DNA of 61,986 nt, filler included, from Choristocarpus tenellus KU-1152 (GCA_964200185.2; 10 parts of 10 records of this genome joined end to end with filler, not necessarily neighbours in it), one strand, 5' to 3'. Shown: positions 1-13,800, counted from the whole stretch's first letter. Notes: generated from the sequence alone by a model not told the origin. A program made the numbers and translations.

Positions 1-69
1 CAAAAATCCCGATATGAAAAAATTGACCCCAAATGGACAGCCGCCACCCCCCCCCAGATACTTTGAGCC
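1..69. mobile_element. Terminus of non-autonomous DNA element family B (also 8157-8196, 17392-17451, 47126-47165, 52079-52147; variants 10678-10763, 11250-11308, 22056-22077, 35694-35753, 52248-52328)
   Basis: Recurrent GGCTCAAAGTATCTGGGAGGGGGTGGCGGCTGTCCATTTGGGGTCAATTTTTTCAT or its reverse complement, nearly always at a contig end. Shares CAAAGTATCT and GTCCATTTGG with MITE family A. Confidence 0.8.
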
Positions 70-254
70 AATATCCATAGACCTATCAGGTGAAAAATCG
101 AAAGTCTCCAACTCAATAAAGTGGTAAGTGTATCGTTTTCACACTCCCACTCATAGGTGGACATTAAAAACCTTGGTCCGTCAATACTTTTCAAAGCCCT
201 AAACTCAAGGATATCACAGATTTCTCTTTTGTGAAACAATCACTACATCAGTCT

Positions 255-480
255 GAGTCAAAACAAACGAGAGGTACCCAGGTTTTGGCCATTCCGCATT
301 TTGTTTTGTTTTAAATAATTTTCAGTTCACTCATGTTTCTAAGAATGAAGTTCAAAGTTTGACTTGAGAGTGTTTATTTCTGATTTTTTTAACATTTTGA
401 CACAATTCAGAAAACACCCTGCAAAATGCAACTCTGGTTACCTATTGTTCACTTTCACTCTCTGTCAATGCTCTCGTTTG
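255..480 (+). mobile_element. Degenerate repeat family C (also ~8200-8380 minus, ~51919-52075 plus, short piece ~13097)
   Basis: Shared start GAGTCAAA(G/A)..ATGAGAGGTACCCAGG(C/T)TTTGGCC and alignable downstream ~150 bp between copies. Confidence 0.55.
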
Positions 481-2299
481 AGATCAAGATCTTAACTGAG
501 GTAGGCAGTCCTTACCATCACTTAGGATCGGCTAGTGTTTGTTGACAGAACTTTGATTCCATGCATATGTTAAGTCCACTCAAATTGAATCCATACTTGT
601 CGTAGTGGGATTCTAAATATAGTCACAATGAGTACATATTTCTTCAATGTGACTCCAGAGATCTCAGGACATGTTTTTGGTCCAGGTTTGAACGACACCC
701 AACCACATTCTACGCACAGAACCTTGAGCACTTGTTGTACTCCCTTATGGCAGGAATATCTTCTGTCTCTGACCCTTCACCATTTTTGCTACTCTAACCA
801 AGCATCCTTCGTCTGATCTGATTGCTGCCTTTGCCTCTGCCTGCATTCCGTTGCTCTTCTTGTGCTCGTACCTCCAATACCCTTGTCAATCGGGCAATCA
901 AATACCCAACTCCTGGACCTACCTGGACCGTTGGTACTTTCTTCTGCAATTTTCCACTGCACATCCACTGCCACATCAAACATATGTTGCATTGATGGTC
1001 TATCATCTCCCCTTGTGCTCACGTCCAATACTGCATCTCCATACCCTTCGGATTTTCTATTTCTGCAACACTGTTTGCGCTTATCAATAACCATTCAAAC
1101 ATACAATCTGCCACAACCTCTCTTTGGATGACATCATCACACCATCAAACAAATTCTACTCTTCTTCCGTTGGGGTATGATGGTATGGGAACATTTGTAT
1201 TGTTCTTTCCAATTTCTGAAAAAAATTGTTCAGGCACAAGGGTGTGAACCTAGATGGAGTATAAGAAAGGCATTGCAAGTAGTAACATTAGCTAGAGCAC
1301 GAACAGAACCCATCAACTAAACTGGGTATACAACAAGCTATCTGGGAACAGCTCTGTTGTTTGGTGGTTTTCAAACTTGAACAATGAAAACTTACTCAGT
1401 ATCTGTAGAATTTCAGTTGTCTATTTTAGGATTAGTGGCCACTCGTACCACCACCACCACAGCCGATCTGGATAAAATAGCCAAGAACGGAATTCTTCAG
1501 TGGAATAGAGGCATGAAAGAGACGGAGAAGAAATCACCTTTCTAGAAAAAATAAATATTTGTTACAGGTTAAAATATTCCATTGTTTAAGAGTGTGCTGT
1601 TCCCCATGGTTGAAATGTTCTTGTGGAAGGGACTAGGGATACAGTATTGTACCACATTCTCATTTTTCCTGATGCCGCCGCATTGCACAATTCCCCTTGT
1701 GGGAGCAACCAACATACACAAATATAACGGTAAGCATCAACATAAATATGCATTCAATTATCTTTGTCCTTCTTGCCCTCACATGATCATGGTTCACGAA
1801 TCTTGTTTACCACTACCGAACCACCTCTCAATTACAAAATATTCTACAGATCAACAAACGAACGTGCTGCCTTTCCATCATGATGTACAACCTTGATCTA
1901 ACATACGTATCAATAAAAGGGTGGAAGAGACCATTCAGAAGAATAGGAGACAGGTTTGGGTTAAAGAACTATAATATGGAAGAGTTAAGGAATAGGAAAC
2001 ATTGTATCAAGTAATCTGTGATTAGTGATCTACAGGATAGGATTGATTTGATGGCAAGGATCCACACACCCTTGGACCTGAAAGCTCATTCCTCATTTCT
2101 CTTTCATCTACAGCCTGTCCAACCCAATAAGGAATTAATCAGGTCATTATATACACAAGTCTTGGGAACATCATCTTCTTTAACAATACTGACCACTCCC
2201 CTATGTAGTAGGGATATTGCAGTGTACTGAGCCATTGCCAATTCTCCTGACTGGTTTTCTCTTTGGGTGTGGAGAGTAGAGAGATTGTATCTGGTCACT

Positions 2300-4070
2300 T
2301 ATCACATCACAGTCTGATCAATCCTATCATCTACTAAACTCCATATAAAGGGGAGGTGATTTTTATGGATGACAACATTCTTGCTCTGCTTTGTAGTTGT
2401 GTTCGATACAGACTTACATCCTGATAAATTGTTTGCACTGTAATTTCTCCAACCACTTCAATAGTTGGCATCAGTAACAACAACGGGGATTTTGATCATG
2501 CCAATCTTAAATCGGTTCTCCAGTGAATGTTAAATGTTAATCTGTCAATCTGGGGTTTCTTACACTGGAGTGCCTCCTACCATACTGTCTTTAGACCAAA
2601 ATGTAGAATGTTTAAGGGATAATATCAAATTGAAGATCAGACTTAACGAGATCCAGAAAAAAATGACGAAATGATTTTTCTCTATCTAGAGTTCTCCAAG
2701 TCTGTGTTCCTTGCACCCTCATCCGCATGTTAGATGGAACAAATCTTCTTTTTCAGCATTTCTCTCCAACAAATCCTAACCACGCATTCCCTTACTTTGA
2801 AGTCTCACACATCACAGAATTATGTTTGAGCATGCTTGTAATACAGAACATCAATGTATCACAATCTAGGCAAGCAGACCATAAAATGAGTTGCGCTACT
2901 AATGTACTAGAAATGTACCAGTCTGCCAGGCAACATTAGTATACTCAAATCATATTTATGAAGCTTCGCCAAAATTTGAAGCAATAGAGGAACTACATAA
3001 CTGGAGTTTAACTCTACCTTATGGTTTCAACAATCAAGAGACTTTGATTCCACATCTTTCCCTTTTCTTGTAGATAAAGCAATTCATCTGGTCCTACCAC
3101 AATCAGAAACAAACGTCTTTTGCAGTACAAAATTGATTGCTGAAACACACATAATTCCTATTATCTGGTCAGGCGTCGTAGCAACTTTACCCCAGTCCTC
3201 TGCAAAGCCTATTCCTGCAACTACACCACAATGATTGTAGGCCCGGCAATACACACAAAAAACACCTACATCTTGTTTATTTGCATGGATGATCCTATTC
3301 TTCTAGCCTAAGGGAGTAGTGTCTTACCTCAGTCCAAAAAAAGTGCAGATAAGAGGCAGATGTGAGTGTCAAATTCATGGGTTTATCAGCATAAATGAGA
3401 GCAATCACAATTGATGTCATTCAGGAATATCAAGTTAGAAGATTCAAAAAAATATGTGAACAATACAAAAATTGGTCCACACACAGTTCAATTCCTGGGA
3501 TTAAATTCCCTTGCAACGCCATATTTTTTCTAGATCTGTAGAGAATCAACGTTAACAGAAGGTACTCGGAGTTGCATATCAAGGATGCTGACAAATATGT
3601 CCAAAATTCGGGATTTCTTACAAATCTGTGTACGATTTTCTTTTGGGGGTGTCAGAAAGTTTCAAACAGCAGAACGCTCTAAAGTCAAACTTAGAGCATT
3701 CTTAGGAATATGGATAAAATGCAAAAGGTTGAAAAACAGAATGCAAAGCAGTCAAAATCTCAGTACCTCTCGCATACTTTGGCAGAAGTCATCTTTAGTT
3801 CCACATTCAGATTGGAACAATGGACACTTTGAGATACGTTCCACAATAGGTGAGAAGCACAAAGGTGAAGATTTGAGAGTTGCCACACTCAAGAAAAAAT
3901 TCTGAGGGAAGCGTATCCTTTGGTTGCGTGGTAGGCCGAACTTGGCAAGAAATAGCAAGAGGCGAAACAAAGGGAACATCCATCGGCTATTTGTTTCAAT
4001 ATGGAACACGTTGTCAAGGGAAGAAACATGAAAAACTCAGGTTGTACAATGCAACATTGCAAAGCACGTG
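2300..4070 (+). mobile_element. Highly degenerate LINE-like (APE + RT) remnant
   Basis: Scattered frame-broken motifs in the expected order: GDFDH (~2486, cf. APE GDFN), LFICMDDPILL (~3274-3305, cf. YADD), VQFLGL (~3487), AFLGIWI (~3696). Confidence 0.35.
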
Positions 4071-4099
4071 AGTCCAAAAAAGAAAATAAGTAGAATAAG

Positions 4100-6240
4100 T
4101 CACAATATTTGAAAATAGAGATATTACCAACTACGGCAGAATCTCTATACCCACCTCTTGTATAGCACATATCGACATTTCCACATGGCCACTTCAAACA
4201 GCATACACGCGAATGACATAAGCTGTTCAGATTGGACAAGTGGAGATGATGAGATGATTGTACAAGATATGCAAAAAGAGAACCTGAAGACTGATATCAT
4301 GTGCGCTGAACAATAGCCAATACCCCAAACTCAACTCATACGCGTCAGCAAAGCATGCTGTTAAGATCGATAATTCAGAGATGATAAGGTGCATAAATTC
4401 AGAGATGATAAGGTGCATTGTATGCCATGTATCAACGGAAAGCTGAAAGTTGATAAAATTTACAAAACAGTGGCCTCAGGTCATGTGGCGAATGAAACAG
4501 GTGAAGATCAATCATGTCACCAACAGAGTGACACATGTGTTCTTCAGAGCCACAATGTGAAAATATCAAGATGAATTATACTGTAACTGAAACAGAATCT
4601 CTGTACTCACCTCTTGCAGAACACATATCAACATCTCCACATGGCCAATTCAAACAGCATACATGTCAATGGCATATGCTGTTCAGATTCGACATCTGGA
4701 CACAATGAGATGGTGGTACGAGATATGCAAAAAGAGAACCTCACGGCTCATAACATGTGTAGAGTAGTAGCCTGAGGTCATGTGGTGGTGCGTGAAACTG
4801 GGGAAGTTAACAATGTTGCTGACAAAGTGACATTTACATTGTTCAGAGACACAATGTAAGCGCATCAAGATGAACTATACTGCAACAGTAACAGAATCTC
4901 AACACCCACCTCTTGCAGAACACATAAACACCTCCACATGGCCAATTCAAACAGCATACATGTCAATGACATGTGCTATTCAGATTGGACATACAGCAAT
5001 GATGAGATGGTTGTACGAGATATGCAAAAAGAGAACCTCAAGGCTGATAACATGTGTTGAATGGTAGCCCCAGGTCATGCGTTGTGTGTAACTGGTGAAG
5101 TTAACAATATTACTGACAATGTGACATTTGAATTGTTCAGAGCCATAATGTAAGAATGTGAAGATGAATTCTACTGAAACTGTAATAGAATCTCAGTACC
5201 CATCTCTCCTAGAACACATATCAACATCACTACATGGCCACTTCAAACAGCATATGTGTCAATGACATATGCTGTTTAGATTGGACATACAGCAATAATG
5301 AGATGGTTGTGCAAGGTATATAAATAGAGATGCTGAAGGCTGGCAATATGTGTACTGAATAGTAGCCTCAGGCCATGTGGTATGTGCAACTAGGGAACTT
5401 TAATAATGTTCCTGACAAAGTGACATTTATATTGTTTAGAGCCGAAATGTGATGATATCAAGATGAATTCTACTGCAACTGTAACAAAACCCCAGTACCC
5501 ACATCTCGTAGAACACATATCAACATCTCCACATGGTCACTTCAAACAGCATACATGTCAATGACATACACTGTTCAAATTGGGCATGTGGATGTAATGA
5601 GATGACTACACAAGATATGCAAACAGAGAACCTCAAGGCTGATACCACGTGTTGAATAGTAGCCTCAGATCGTGCGGTGAGTGTAACTGGGGAAGATCAA
5701 TCATGTCATTTACAAGTGACTTGTGTTGTTCACAGTCACAATGGAAGTGTAGCAAATGAATGCTACTGCAACAATAATAGAATCTCAATACACACCTCTC
5801 CTAGAACACATATCAATATCACTACATGACCAGTCCAAACAGCATATGTGTCAATGACATATGCTGTTCAGATTGGACATACAGCAATGATGAGATGGTT
5901 GTGCAAGGTATGCAATTAGAGATGCTGAAGGCTGGCAACATGTGTACTGAATAGTAGCCTCAGGTCATGTAGTACGTGCAACTGGGGAACTTTAATAATG
6001 TTGCTGACAAAGTGACATTTATATTGTTTAGAGCCGAAACGTGGGGATATCAAGATGAATTCTACTGCAACTACAAAAAAAATCCCAGTACCCACCTCTT
6101 GTAGAGCACATATCAATACCTCCACATGGTCACTTCAAACAGCATATGTGTCAATGACATACGCTGTTCAGATTGAATATTCAGAGGTGATGAGGTATTT
6201 GTCCAATATATGCAAACCGAGGACTGAAGGCTAATACCAT
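4100..6240. repeat. Tandem array of seven diverged ~295-300 bp units
   Basis: Anchor GAATCTC..TACCCACCTCTTG.AGAACACATATCAACATCTCCACATGG recurs at about 4139, 4595, 4894, 5188, 5487, 5780 and 6081. Confidence 0.95.
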
Positions 6241-6399
6241 AGACTTGATAGTAGAAATACGAAACACAAACAACATACCTTGTATATTGTGGTATTTCTA
6301 AGCACGGTTGCTTTTGACTTGTAAGTAAGGGCAGGACCGCAAACTGTACGATTCAACCTGCTAAGCATGAATTAAACTAATGATTGACATGATCTAAGA

Positions 6400-7840
6400 A
6401 CATTTTGATCATCAGACAAGTGTTACGGGTTTCAAATAGAGCAAACCAACATGTCTACAGGTGAGATGTGTGTGATTGAATATATGTCTTTATGCTTGCC
6501 ATCTCTCCATAAAAGTAACATCGTTCACTGGTGGTGTTCATCATTTCCACATTCAGGATATTATACTGTACTGTGGGAAGAAACCTAGAGTCAAACAAGG
6601 ACAAACATGAAAAATTGGAGCACTCTGTCCTTACCTGTTCTTGTCCTGGCATCTCTTCCCTTTTTGTAGCCTTTGCATTACCAGTCTCAGTAGTAAACAT
6701 GATGCTCCATTGGGCTTATCCTCCCCTCTCCAGTCAAGCTGAACAGGAAAGCGTGTTGAGCTGGTTGTAGGGAGGAAAAGTAAGCGTAAAAAGTCAACTT
6801 GTGTTGGCGGGCCGTAACAGTCAGAAACAATTTATGGGGAAGGAGAATATAAAGCGCACCATACGCGTTATAGCACAAACTTGGATAATTCAAAAGTACT
6901 TTTACTACCCTACTTAACAACAGTAGTAAGCAAGACCTACATATATTTAAAATAGGATCATCAACATTGAAACAATAGTGACCACATCTCCATTAACTGG
7001 TCTGGATATGGTCTTGCTGGGTGGTGTTCACTTGCATTGAAGAATTTGCTATCTATTTCAGAAGAGTTGGTTGTAGTTATCCAAACCAGGATGTAAAAGA
7101 TAGATAACAAGCCAGACCAACGCTACATCAAATATTTCAATTGAACGCCGTATTTCACCAATGAATCGCTAGACAGACTGGACCAACACACCAGCGGTAT
7201 CGAGGAGGGGATGTCGGACGTCTGACTGCTTAGTCCTCAGTGTGGAACCTAGGTATAGAGTGTAAAACTCGATCACTATCTGTGGAAGCTGCTGTACCTT
7301 TCGTACCGAAGTTGTGTTGAATGTAGGCGGAATGACGGTCCGACCTGGATATCACACCACACATTAAGAATGACGACGTCTACCTTAAAAATTCGAAAGA
7401 TTTATGATGTGAGAAAGGCGAGGAGACAAAGTGGATTCATGCTTCTTTAACTTGCAGTCATAAATCGCGTCCAAAGCAGCGAAATGTTGACTCCGCAATT
7501 TTGGGGACTGGTTGAAAGACGACATAGACCATATATCATACCAGAAATTTGAAATACCGAGGTCGAGCAGAACAATTCGAAAAAATATCGCTGTGAGAAA
7601 GAGAAGGAGACAGAGTGGATGCATGCCTCATCGTGTACCCCTCCACGTAGAAGGCAACACGGCTGAGAAGGGAGAAAATTATATATACTAGTAAAGATTA
7701 TCTGCTTGTGCTGAATTTCATCAGATGCGACACACTGTGGGCTATCCTGATCTCCGACTCTAGCTGTGGTAAGCTCTCCTGGGAGTGAGGGTAGGCATTT
7801 TGTCACAGGAGGTCGACAGTGAAGGTTTGGGTTCATTAAG
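6400..7840 (-). mobile_element. Possible Penelope-like retroelement remnant
   Basis: Minus-strand fragments SHIINLSNF (cf. PLE VINLS) and GALYILLPHKL (cf. TLYTxIPHxxL). Many stops. Confidence 0.3.
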
Positions 7841-8056
7841 GATAAGAAAGTTATTACTGACCTGTTTATGGTATTAATTATGTTGTGAGTTGAGTGGAGT
7901 AATTCCTCTTTTCTTCTGTTTTTATTGGAAACTTTATCTCCTAAACATCGAAATTTCGTTTTTTGAATTGGTTGTACTATTGATGTTTGTGGAAAGCATG
8001 TTTGTCTGTTATTATACCGTTATTGCCGTATGTCATATACCGTTCTACCGTGGTAC

Positions 8057-8156
8057 NNNNNNNNNNNNNNNNNNNNNNNNNNNNNNNNNNNNNNNNNNNN
8101 TTAATTAATTAANNNNNNNNNNNNNNNNNNNNNNNNNNNNNNNNNNNNNNNNNNNN
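8057..8156. other. Artificial contig-joining spacer (first of nine: 8057, 10764, 17292, 22078, 35594, 39670, 42422, 47166, 52148; each 100 bp)
   Basis: Identical 44N-TTAATTAATTAA-44N cassette (stops in all six frames) repeated nine times. A separate 10-N gap lies at 22674-22683. Confidence 0.98.
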
Positions 8157-8397
8157 CAAATGGACAGCCGCCACCCCCTCCCAGATACTTTGAGCCCCAA
8201 ACCCATCCTCCATGAAATGATCCATCCGCCATTATAATATGAGAAATCAACGTTCTCAAACCAAACTTACCACATCGTCCATCGAAATAATAATAAAATG
8301 GATGAATTGAAAAAGTTTGAGAAACAGGCTTAAATGCCAAATTGTCGAAACCTTGGTACCTCTCATTTACTTTGGCTCAAGACTGCCATGAACTCAC

Positions 8398-9690
8398 TGT
8401 CCTCTAGCCAGCTGTATGTGAGTACGCAGCAGACACTCAACCCAGGTGTACAGTGTGTGAGAGATGAACAAGACTAGTAAGGGTAGTAAGTCTTCCAGTG
8501 AATTGATCTGATAGCAACTAGCAGTGTAGGGAATCACTCGACTGATGCACAACGCTGCCACGATGGATGAGGCAACCACCAACCCTGGAGTTGCTAGAGG
8601 GTGACCCATTGGCGTTTGAATGTGTAAAAAAAATAGGCGTTGGTTGGGTTAGAGATCTTTATTAAAATATCGTTAAAAGCACAGAATAATATCCAACAAA
8701 GAAACCACCCACAACAATCATAAGAAGCATCTCAATCGACCGCTCAAATAAACAGTACCTTCCTAACTAAGCATGTTTTCAACGAATGAATGCAGAGTGC
8801 GTGTTGTGTGTGGGCCGAGTAAAAGTCTATTATCATCATAGTACAGTGTATTGAGCTAAATTGGGGTTTGGTTTGGTGAGCGGAGAGCGATAGACTTGCC
8901 GATTATCAGCAGGTGGAGGTCGCCACGCCCAGCCACGGTTCACACACGCCGTCTGGAAAACCCGCAAGAGAGTCATAAGAAGAAACTGTTTTAGGGGCTT
9001 TTAGTTTATGATTTTGTACTTCCCCAAAATGGCCTTCTTAGAGAATTTATTTTTAGAAAATTGTGCACCTTACTACCCTCGCGCAAAATAAGCAAACAAA
9101 TTATTAAGAGCCAAAGTATCTTAGAGGGTAGGGTCGTGTCAATTTGGGGACCAAACTCCAATGTTGCGATTTTGATGTTATTTTGGTTATCAAATCAATT
9201 AAAAAGTGTCGATATCCTTGTTCTGGACACACCTTTTCATAACGTACACATTTTACCTACTCCGAAACATTTCGGAGTAGGAAAATGTCATGAAAAAAAC
9301 ATGACAAAACTCGTACCCTAACCCTAAGATACTTTAACTCAAAAACAAAACCATGCAGAAAAAGCAGTCTTTAGTCACACACAACTATGACTCCTTGACG
9401 GCAGTAGTAGCAGTTCCTTCAATCTGCTTGTAAGTGCCCTAGGGTTGTGTATATCGTCTAACAACCAAATCTAGTATATTGTCATCAAGATTGCACGGTG
9501 CACAGGAGGGATATGATATGGGGTAGGGTGTGGAGTACTTTAGCGTGTTACATTGCTACAATCAAAATGGCGTGAACAGCAGGTAGGTACTGCATTACTA
9601 TTCCACAAGACACAGCATGCAGGATATGCCAATCTGACATGGAGCTGAGATCCAAGCGGGAACGCATGCAATGGAAAAAGACCTGGCTGG
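8398..9690 (-). CDS. Probable internal exons of an unidentified gene (exon-like segments ~9550-9683 and ~8398-8593)
   Basis: Open segments VFFHCMRSRLDLSSMSDWHILHAV... and TPGLVVASSIVAALCISRV...LARGQ, bounded by CAG/TAG acceptors and a GTGAG donor. Phases could not be fully reconciled. Confidence 0.35.
9108..9340 (+). mobile_element. MITE family A copy (internal deletion)
   Basis: GAGCCAAAGTATCTTAGAGGGTA ... TAAGATACTTTAACTC terminal inverted repeats with the conserved family core. Confidence 0.9.
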
Positions 9691-11458
9691 GTATAGTGTT
9701 TTGAATCCTAGTTACTAGATATATTATCACTCATATACATGCTATGCTCATTAAGCCCTGCAATGCACAGCACTTCGCATCCCTTGATTTGAGTGCTCTT
9801 AATTCTACTACAAGAAATATCCAACTACACCAAACGTTCTTGGTTCAATTTAAACATTGCACACCTATCCTTCCAATACATACACAAAAACAACGCTACT
9901 TATCTGCGACCACCACCACAAGACACTTCAATCATACATATACAACAACATAATAGACAACATTATGCTCTCCTCCCCCCCACACGCATACAGCACAGAA
10001 CACTTTGTACAGGTTGAATTAAAAAAAAAAAATCAAATTGTGTAAAAAAGGTTCAACACATCCTACTGTTTGTGTGAAATTGTCAAAATCATCATCTGTG
10101 TGGTGCTTCCCCCGATGCACCACCCACACTTCATGTTGTGAATGGGACACCCTGCGCTCTCATAAACAATGAACACTACAATGTGATACACTATGAACAC
10201 CCCTCATCCTCCACAAGTCAATGTAAAGGTTCACAAACAAGTGAAAAGAGCACATGGTTTGTTGCTTCCTGCACAAATTCGTGCCAAGGTTGACAGGGTA
10301 CAAAACCCAACATTGCACCAACAGAATAAACCGCAGGAAGTGTTCATCCTGCAGCCAGTCGACCCACTCAAATCTTACGATAGCTATCTCAGCCTCATTT
10401 CCAAGAGAACACCCAGCTTACCCTTCCATTCAGCCTTTATTTCAGTGTCTAGTGAACCCTCTCTCCTTGAACTGCTTTGGCATGTATCCTCTTCACACAT
10501 TCCTCTAGAATGGAGTCACTGGAGTAGGAGACTCAGCAACATGGGATGGGACGACTAGAGCACTAGGAATGGGTGTTGCACCAGCGGCACTCTTTTTGAG
10601 TTTCCTCTGCACCTCCTCCAATCTCTATAATTTGTGGGAAAAGATTCTGGGTTAGAACAGAGTTTAGGAAGCTTTTTGACCCAAAGTATCTGGGGGGGGG
10701 GGGCTCTACACCAGGGTATTCATTTGGCCCAAAATCAGGAAAAGTGCATTTATATTATCCATCNNNNNNNNNNNNNNNNNNNNNNNNNNNNNNNNNNNNN
10801 NNNNNNNTTAATTAATTAANNNNNNNNNNNNNNNNNNNNNNNNNNNNNNNNNNNNNNNNNNNNCAAGGTCCTGCCATATAAAGGCTTGCTCAACCAATAA
10901 ACAAAGAACATACAAAGGACTCAGAAAAATAGGGAGTTTCATAGTAAGACTCTCCCCCCTCACAAATATCAACACAAATGGATATGGATGCAAAATTACA
11001 ATAGCACTATCATAGACTCTCCCCCCTCAGAACTAAACACAAACAACTATAGGACACCCACACAAATGCCTCACAGTCGCATAGAGGTAGGGTGCTGCCA
11101 TGGAAAGGCTTACACCTTCTCTAGGAACTATGAACATACAAACAAAATGTCTAGCAATAACATAAAAATCTATAAACCATAGCAAAACTTTTCAGTGCGA
11201 AAAGGCAGACATGCTATTCGCCTGTAACATTTTTCCAAGACCTGGTCAGGGCCCGATGGACACCTTGGGCTAGACCCCCCCCCACCCACTCCCAAATACT
11301 TTGACCCCGATCACAGAAGGTATCTACTGCTAGTCCAGAGTATAAATGTGTTGTTCCTACACCACCAGCCAACCCAACTATTTCCCAATCCCTGGGCAAA
11401 GCATATGACTCGAGTCCACAACCACTGAACTCATCAATTTGTTCTTGTCAAGTGAGAA

Positions 11459-11722
11459 CAGTCAAAGTATCTTAGAGGGCAGGGCCGCGTCTGTTTGGGG
11501 GGTCAAAATCCAATGTTGCGATTTTGATGTAATTTTGACTATTATTGCGTTTGTTTGGAAGTGTCAATATCCCTGTTCCGGACACACCTTTTCATAACGT
11601 AAACATTTTACCTACTCCGAAACATTATGGAATAGGAAAATATCATTAAAAAAAAACATGAGAAGTCAAGCCCCAAATGGACAAACAGGGCGAAAATCGT
11701 ACCCTCTTAGGTACTTTCACTC
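11459..11722 (+). mobile_element. MITE family A copy, TSD AGAA
   Basis: TIRs at both ends and AGAA on both flanks (11455-58, 11723-26). Confidence 0.92.
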
Positions 11723-13099
11723 AGAAAATATTACTATTTTTAAAATCAAATGTGGAAACCGATCACATCCTTTTTACACATTTCACTCCTCAGTTTTGTA
11801 AAATCTCCTCCATCTAGATCAATACAAGACTAGAAACGGTTGGCCCATCCACCGCCCACAAGGACACAGCAAGAAGAAAATGAGGTGATCAAGTAAATGC
11901 AGCCAGTGCCAGCGGGTGTCTAGGTTTTGATGTTCTGAATAGTAGTCCAAGTGCAAAGCGAACATCCCTCAACCTGAACCAGGCGCAGTCCAGATTTTTG
12001 AGCCATTACCACAGGTCATCGACATCACAAACAAATACTGATATACTCCACTACTAGCATCTCATCAGATATAACTTCAAAATTCGTCCGTCAAGTTATA
12101 CGCGTTGCCTGCCTAGAGCGATACTGCTACTAAATCCAACCCTACTTTAGTCAACAGATATTCATGACTCATCCTCACGACTACACCTACAAACAGCAAT
12201 AGCTTTTCTCCCCGCCAAACCTATAGTTCCTGCCTATAGTGTTGTATTACAACGAATATTTTATTACCTGCTCAATTTAAATTCATATTTCTAATGTGGC
12301 ATGTAAGAGGTACAACAATAATTCCCCACCATGTGCAATGTTGCCCGCACACTAAGGTAGACATGACTCTGAAGTGTCTGATATTTGGTTGCTGTAGTGC
12401 CTGGATTGGTGAAATTCACTCACCGCCTGCTGGAGATCGGAAACAATACCAACCAATAATTGCATCCTACGAAGCAATTGAATCTCTTGTTCAAAACATT
12501 TATCGGCAGAATAAACATTCAAGTGGCAATCTATGAAGCAAATGAAGTTCTTGTTTAACGTCATCCAGAAATGGAATAAGTAGAGTAGTACTTACCGATT
12601 TATTCTCTTTCTTACATGTGCCTGACTATGTGGTAAAAAACCTAGTGTAGAAGAAAAAGCAATCTACACACATAATAACATAGACCGATCCGAAAATGTG
12701 TAAACACGGGAAGCTGCTCTGGTCCTTATTACCATTACCATAGCAACAGTACGCCTTTGTGCCCCGCAGCTTCCACAACAACGGGTATCCCCTCAATATT
12801 CGAGTAAAACTAAAAACCACTCCCGAGCACTTTGACAATGCTCTTGTTATGAGCAGTAGAGATTGAAAGAACACGATTAAACTACTCCCTACACATCAAA
12901 GATCATCGACACTCAATATCAAGATTTAATATTCTGGTGGCTGTCTTCTTGCGTATTGTGTGCATGCTCTGCTGAACTTTCCTTGCGCATCTGGTACTTT
13001 AATCACCTCACTTGACATTTCAGATCTAGCTAAAGAGATTGAGAGGTTTGGACTGGATTAGATTGATGCTCACTAACCAAACTTGTAGATTCACGTGAG

Positions 13100-13800
13100 T
13101 CAAAACAACTGAGAGGTAGACAGAGTTGCATTAAAAGGATCCAAACAAAGAGTAGAAGGTGCCAGTTTCTACAATTGATAAAAGAGCAATTGCTGAGTTG
13201 TGGGGTCACTTTGTGTTTGGAAAGGGGGAATATTAATTTGGCGTAAACTATCATGTACATAGAGCAATGACATAGAGTACATTGCACAAAGTAAGAAAGT
13301 TGCCTTGGAGTGCAAAAGGGTCCAAACCTGCTTGCTTCTCAATTTGAAATATAAGGCAAATATCAGTTGTGTAGGAATTCCCGTTTTAAAGGTAAAGCAG
13401 ACTCTGTTGTTGAGTTTGCGGTATTCTCTGCCTAAAGAGCTCCTATTTTTGGTTGCCATTACGACATCCGCAAGTTGTCAACTGGCGTAATATAGTATAA
13501 CCTACACCTTGAGCAAAGTAGTAATCAACACCATTTTTTTTAAGCCCAAAAACTAGAGTCCAGGTGAACACGCAGGTATCATATCTCAAGTATGGGTAAC
13601 GCTTCACTCCACAAGAGACTGTTGTACCTAACGCATGTCTCGTAACAATCCAGCCCTGTACACAGTGTTCATTGTTTGCTTCGAAGTATATTTTAAGTCC
13701 ATAAAGTGTAAGCGTTGAGACAAACCTGTTCAGCATTGTGTTACCGAAGTGTTAAGTTCTCCACAAGTCGTGATGTACTTTACAATTCATACAATTGTAA
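13100..13800 (+). mobile_element. Degenerate LINE RT remnant
   Basis: Fragments ADSV (~13397), TRVQVNTQVS (~13552) and PALYTVFI (~13650) in the order of LINE RT subdomains. Frame-broken. Confidence 0.3.

Noticed and set aside
600-1200. ORFs 789-1094 and 794-1006 as genes
   Set aside because: Frames are stop-ridden. At best this is a faint LINE RT thumb remnant (VQELGI), which I cannot support.
4100-6240. CRISPR array or hammerhead retrozyme
   Set aside because: Whole units are homologous, with no unique spacers. I found no conserved CTGANGA...GAAA core on either strand by eye (CTGAAGA occurs in unit 1 only).
8057-8156. Recurrent TTAATTAATTAA palindrome as a biological repeat or CRISPR-like element
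   Set aside because: Always centred in an identical 100-bp N cassette, so it is an assembly concatenation linker.
10864-11210. Copia-type polypurine tracts (GAGGGGGAG twice on the minus strand)
   Set aside because: No LTR or pol sequence is visible in the contig, so there is too little to call.
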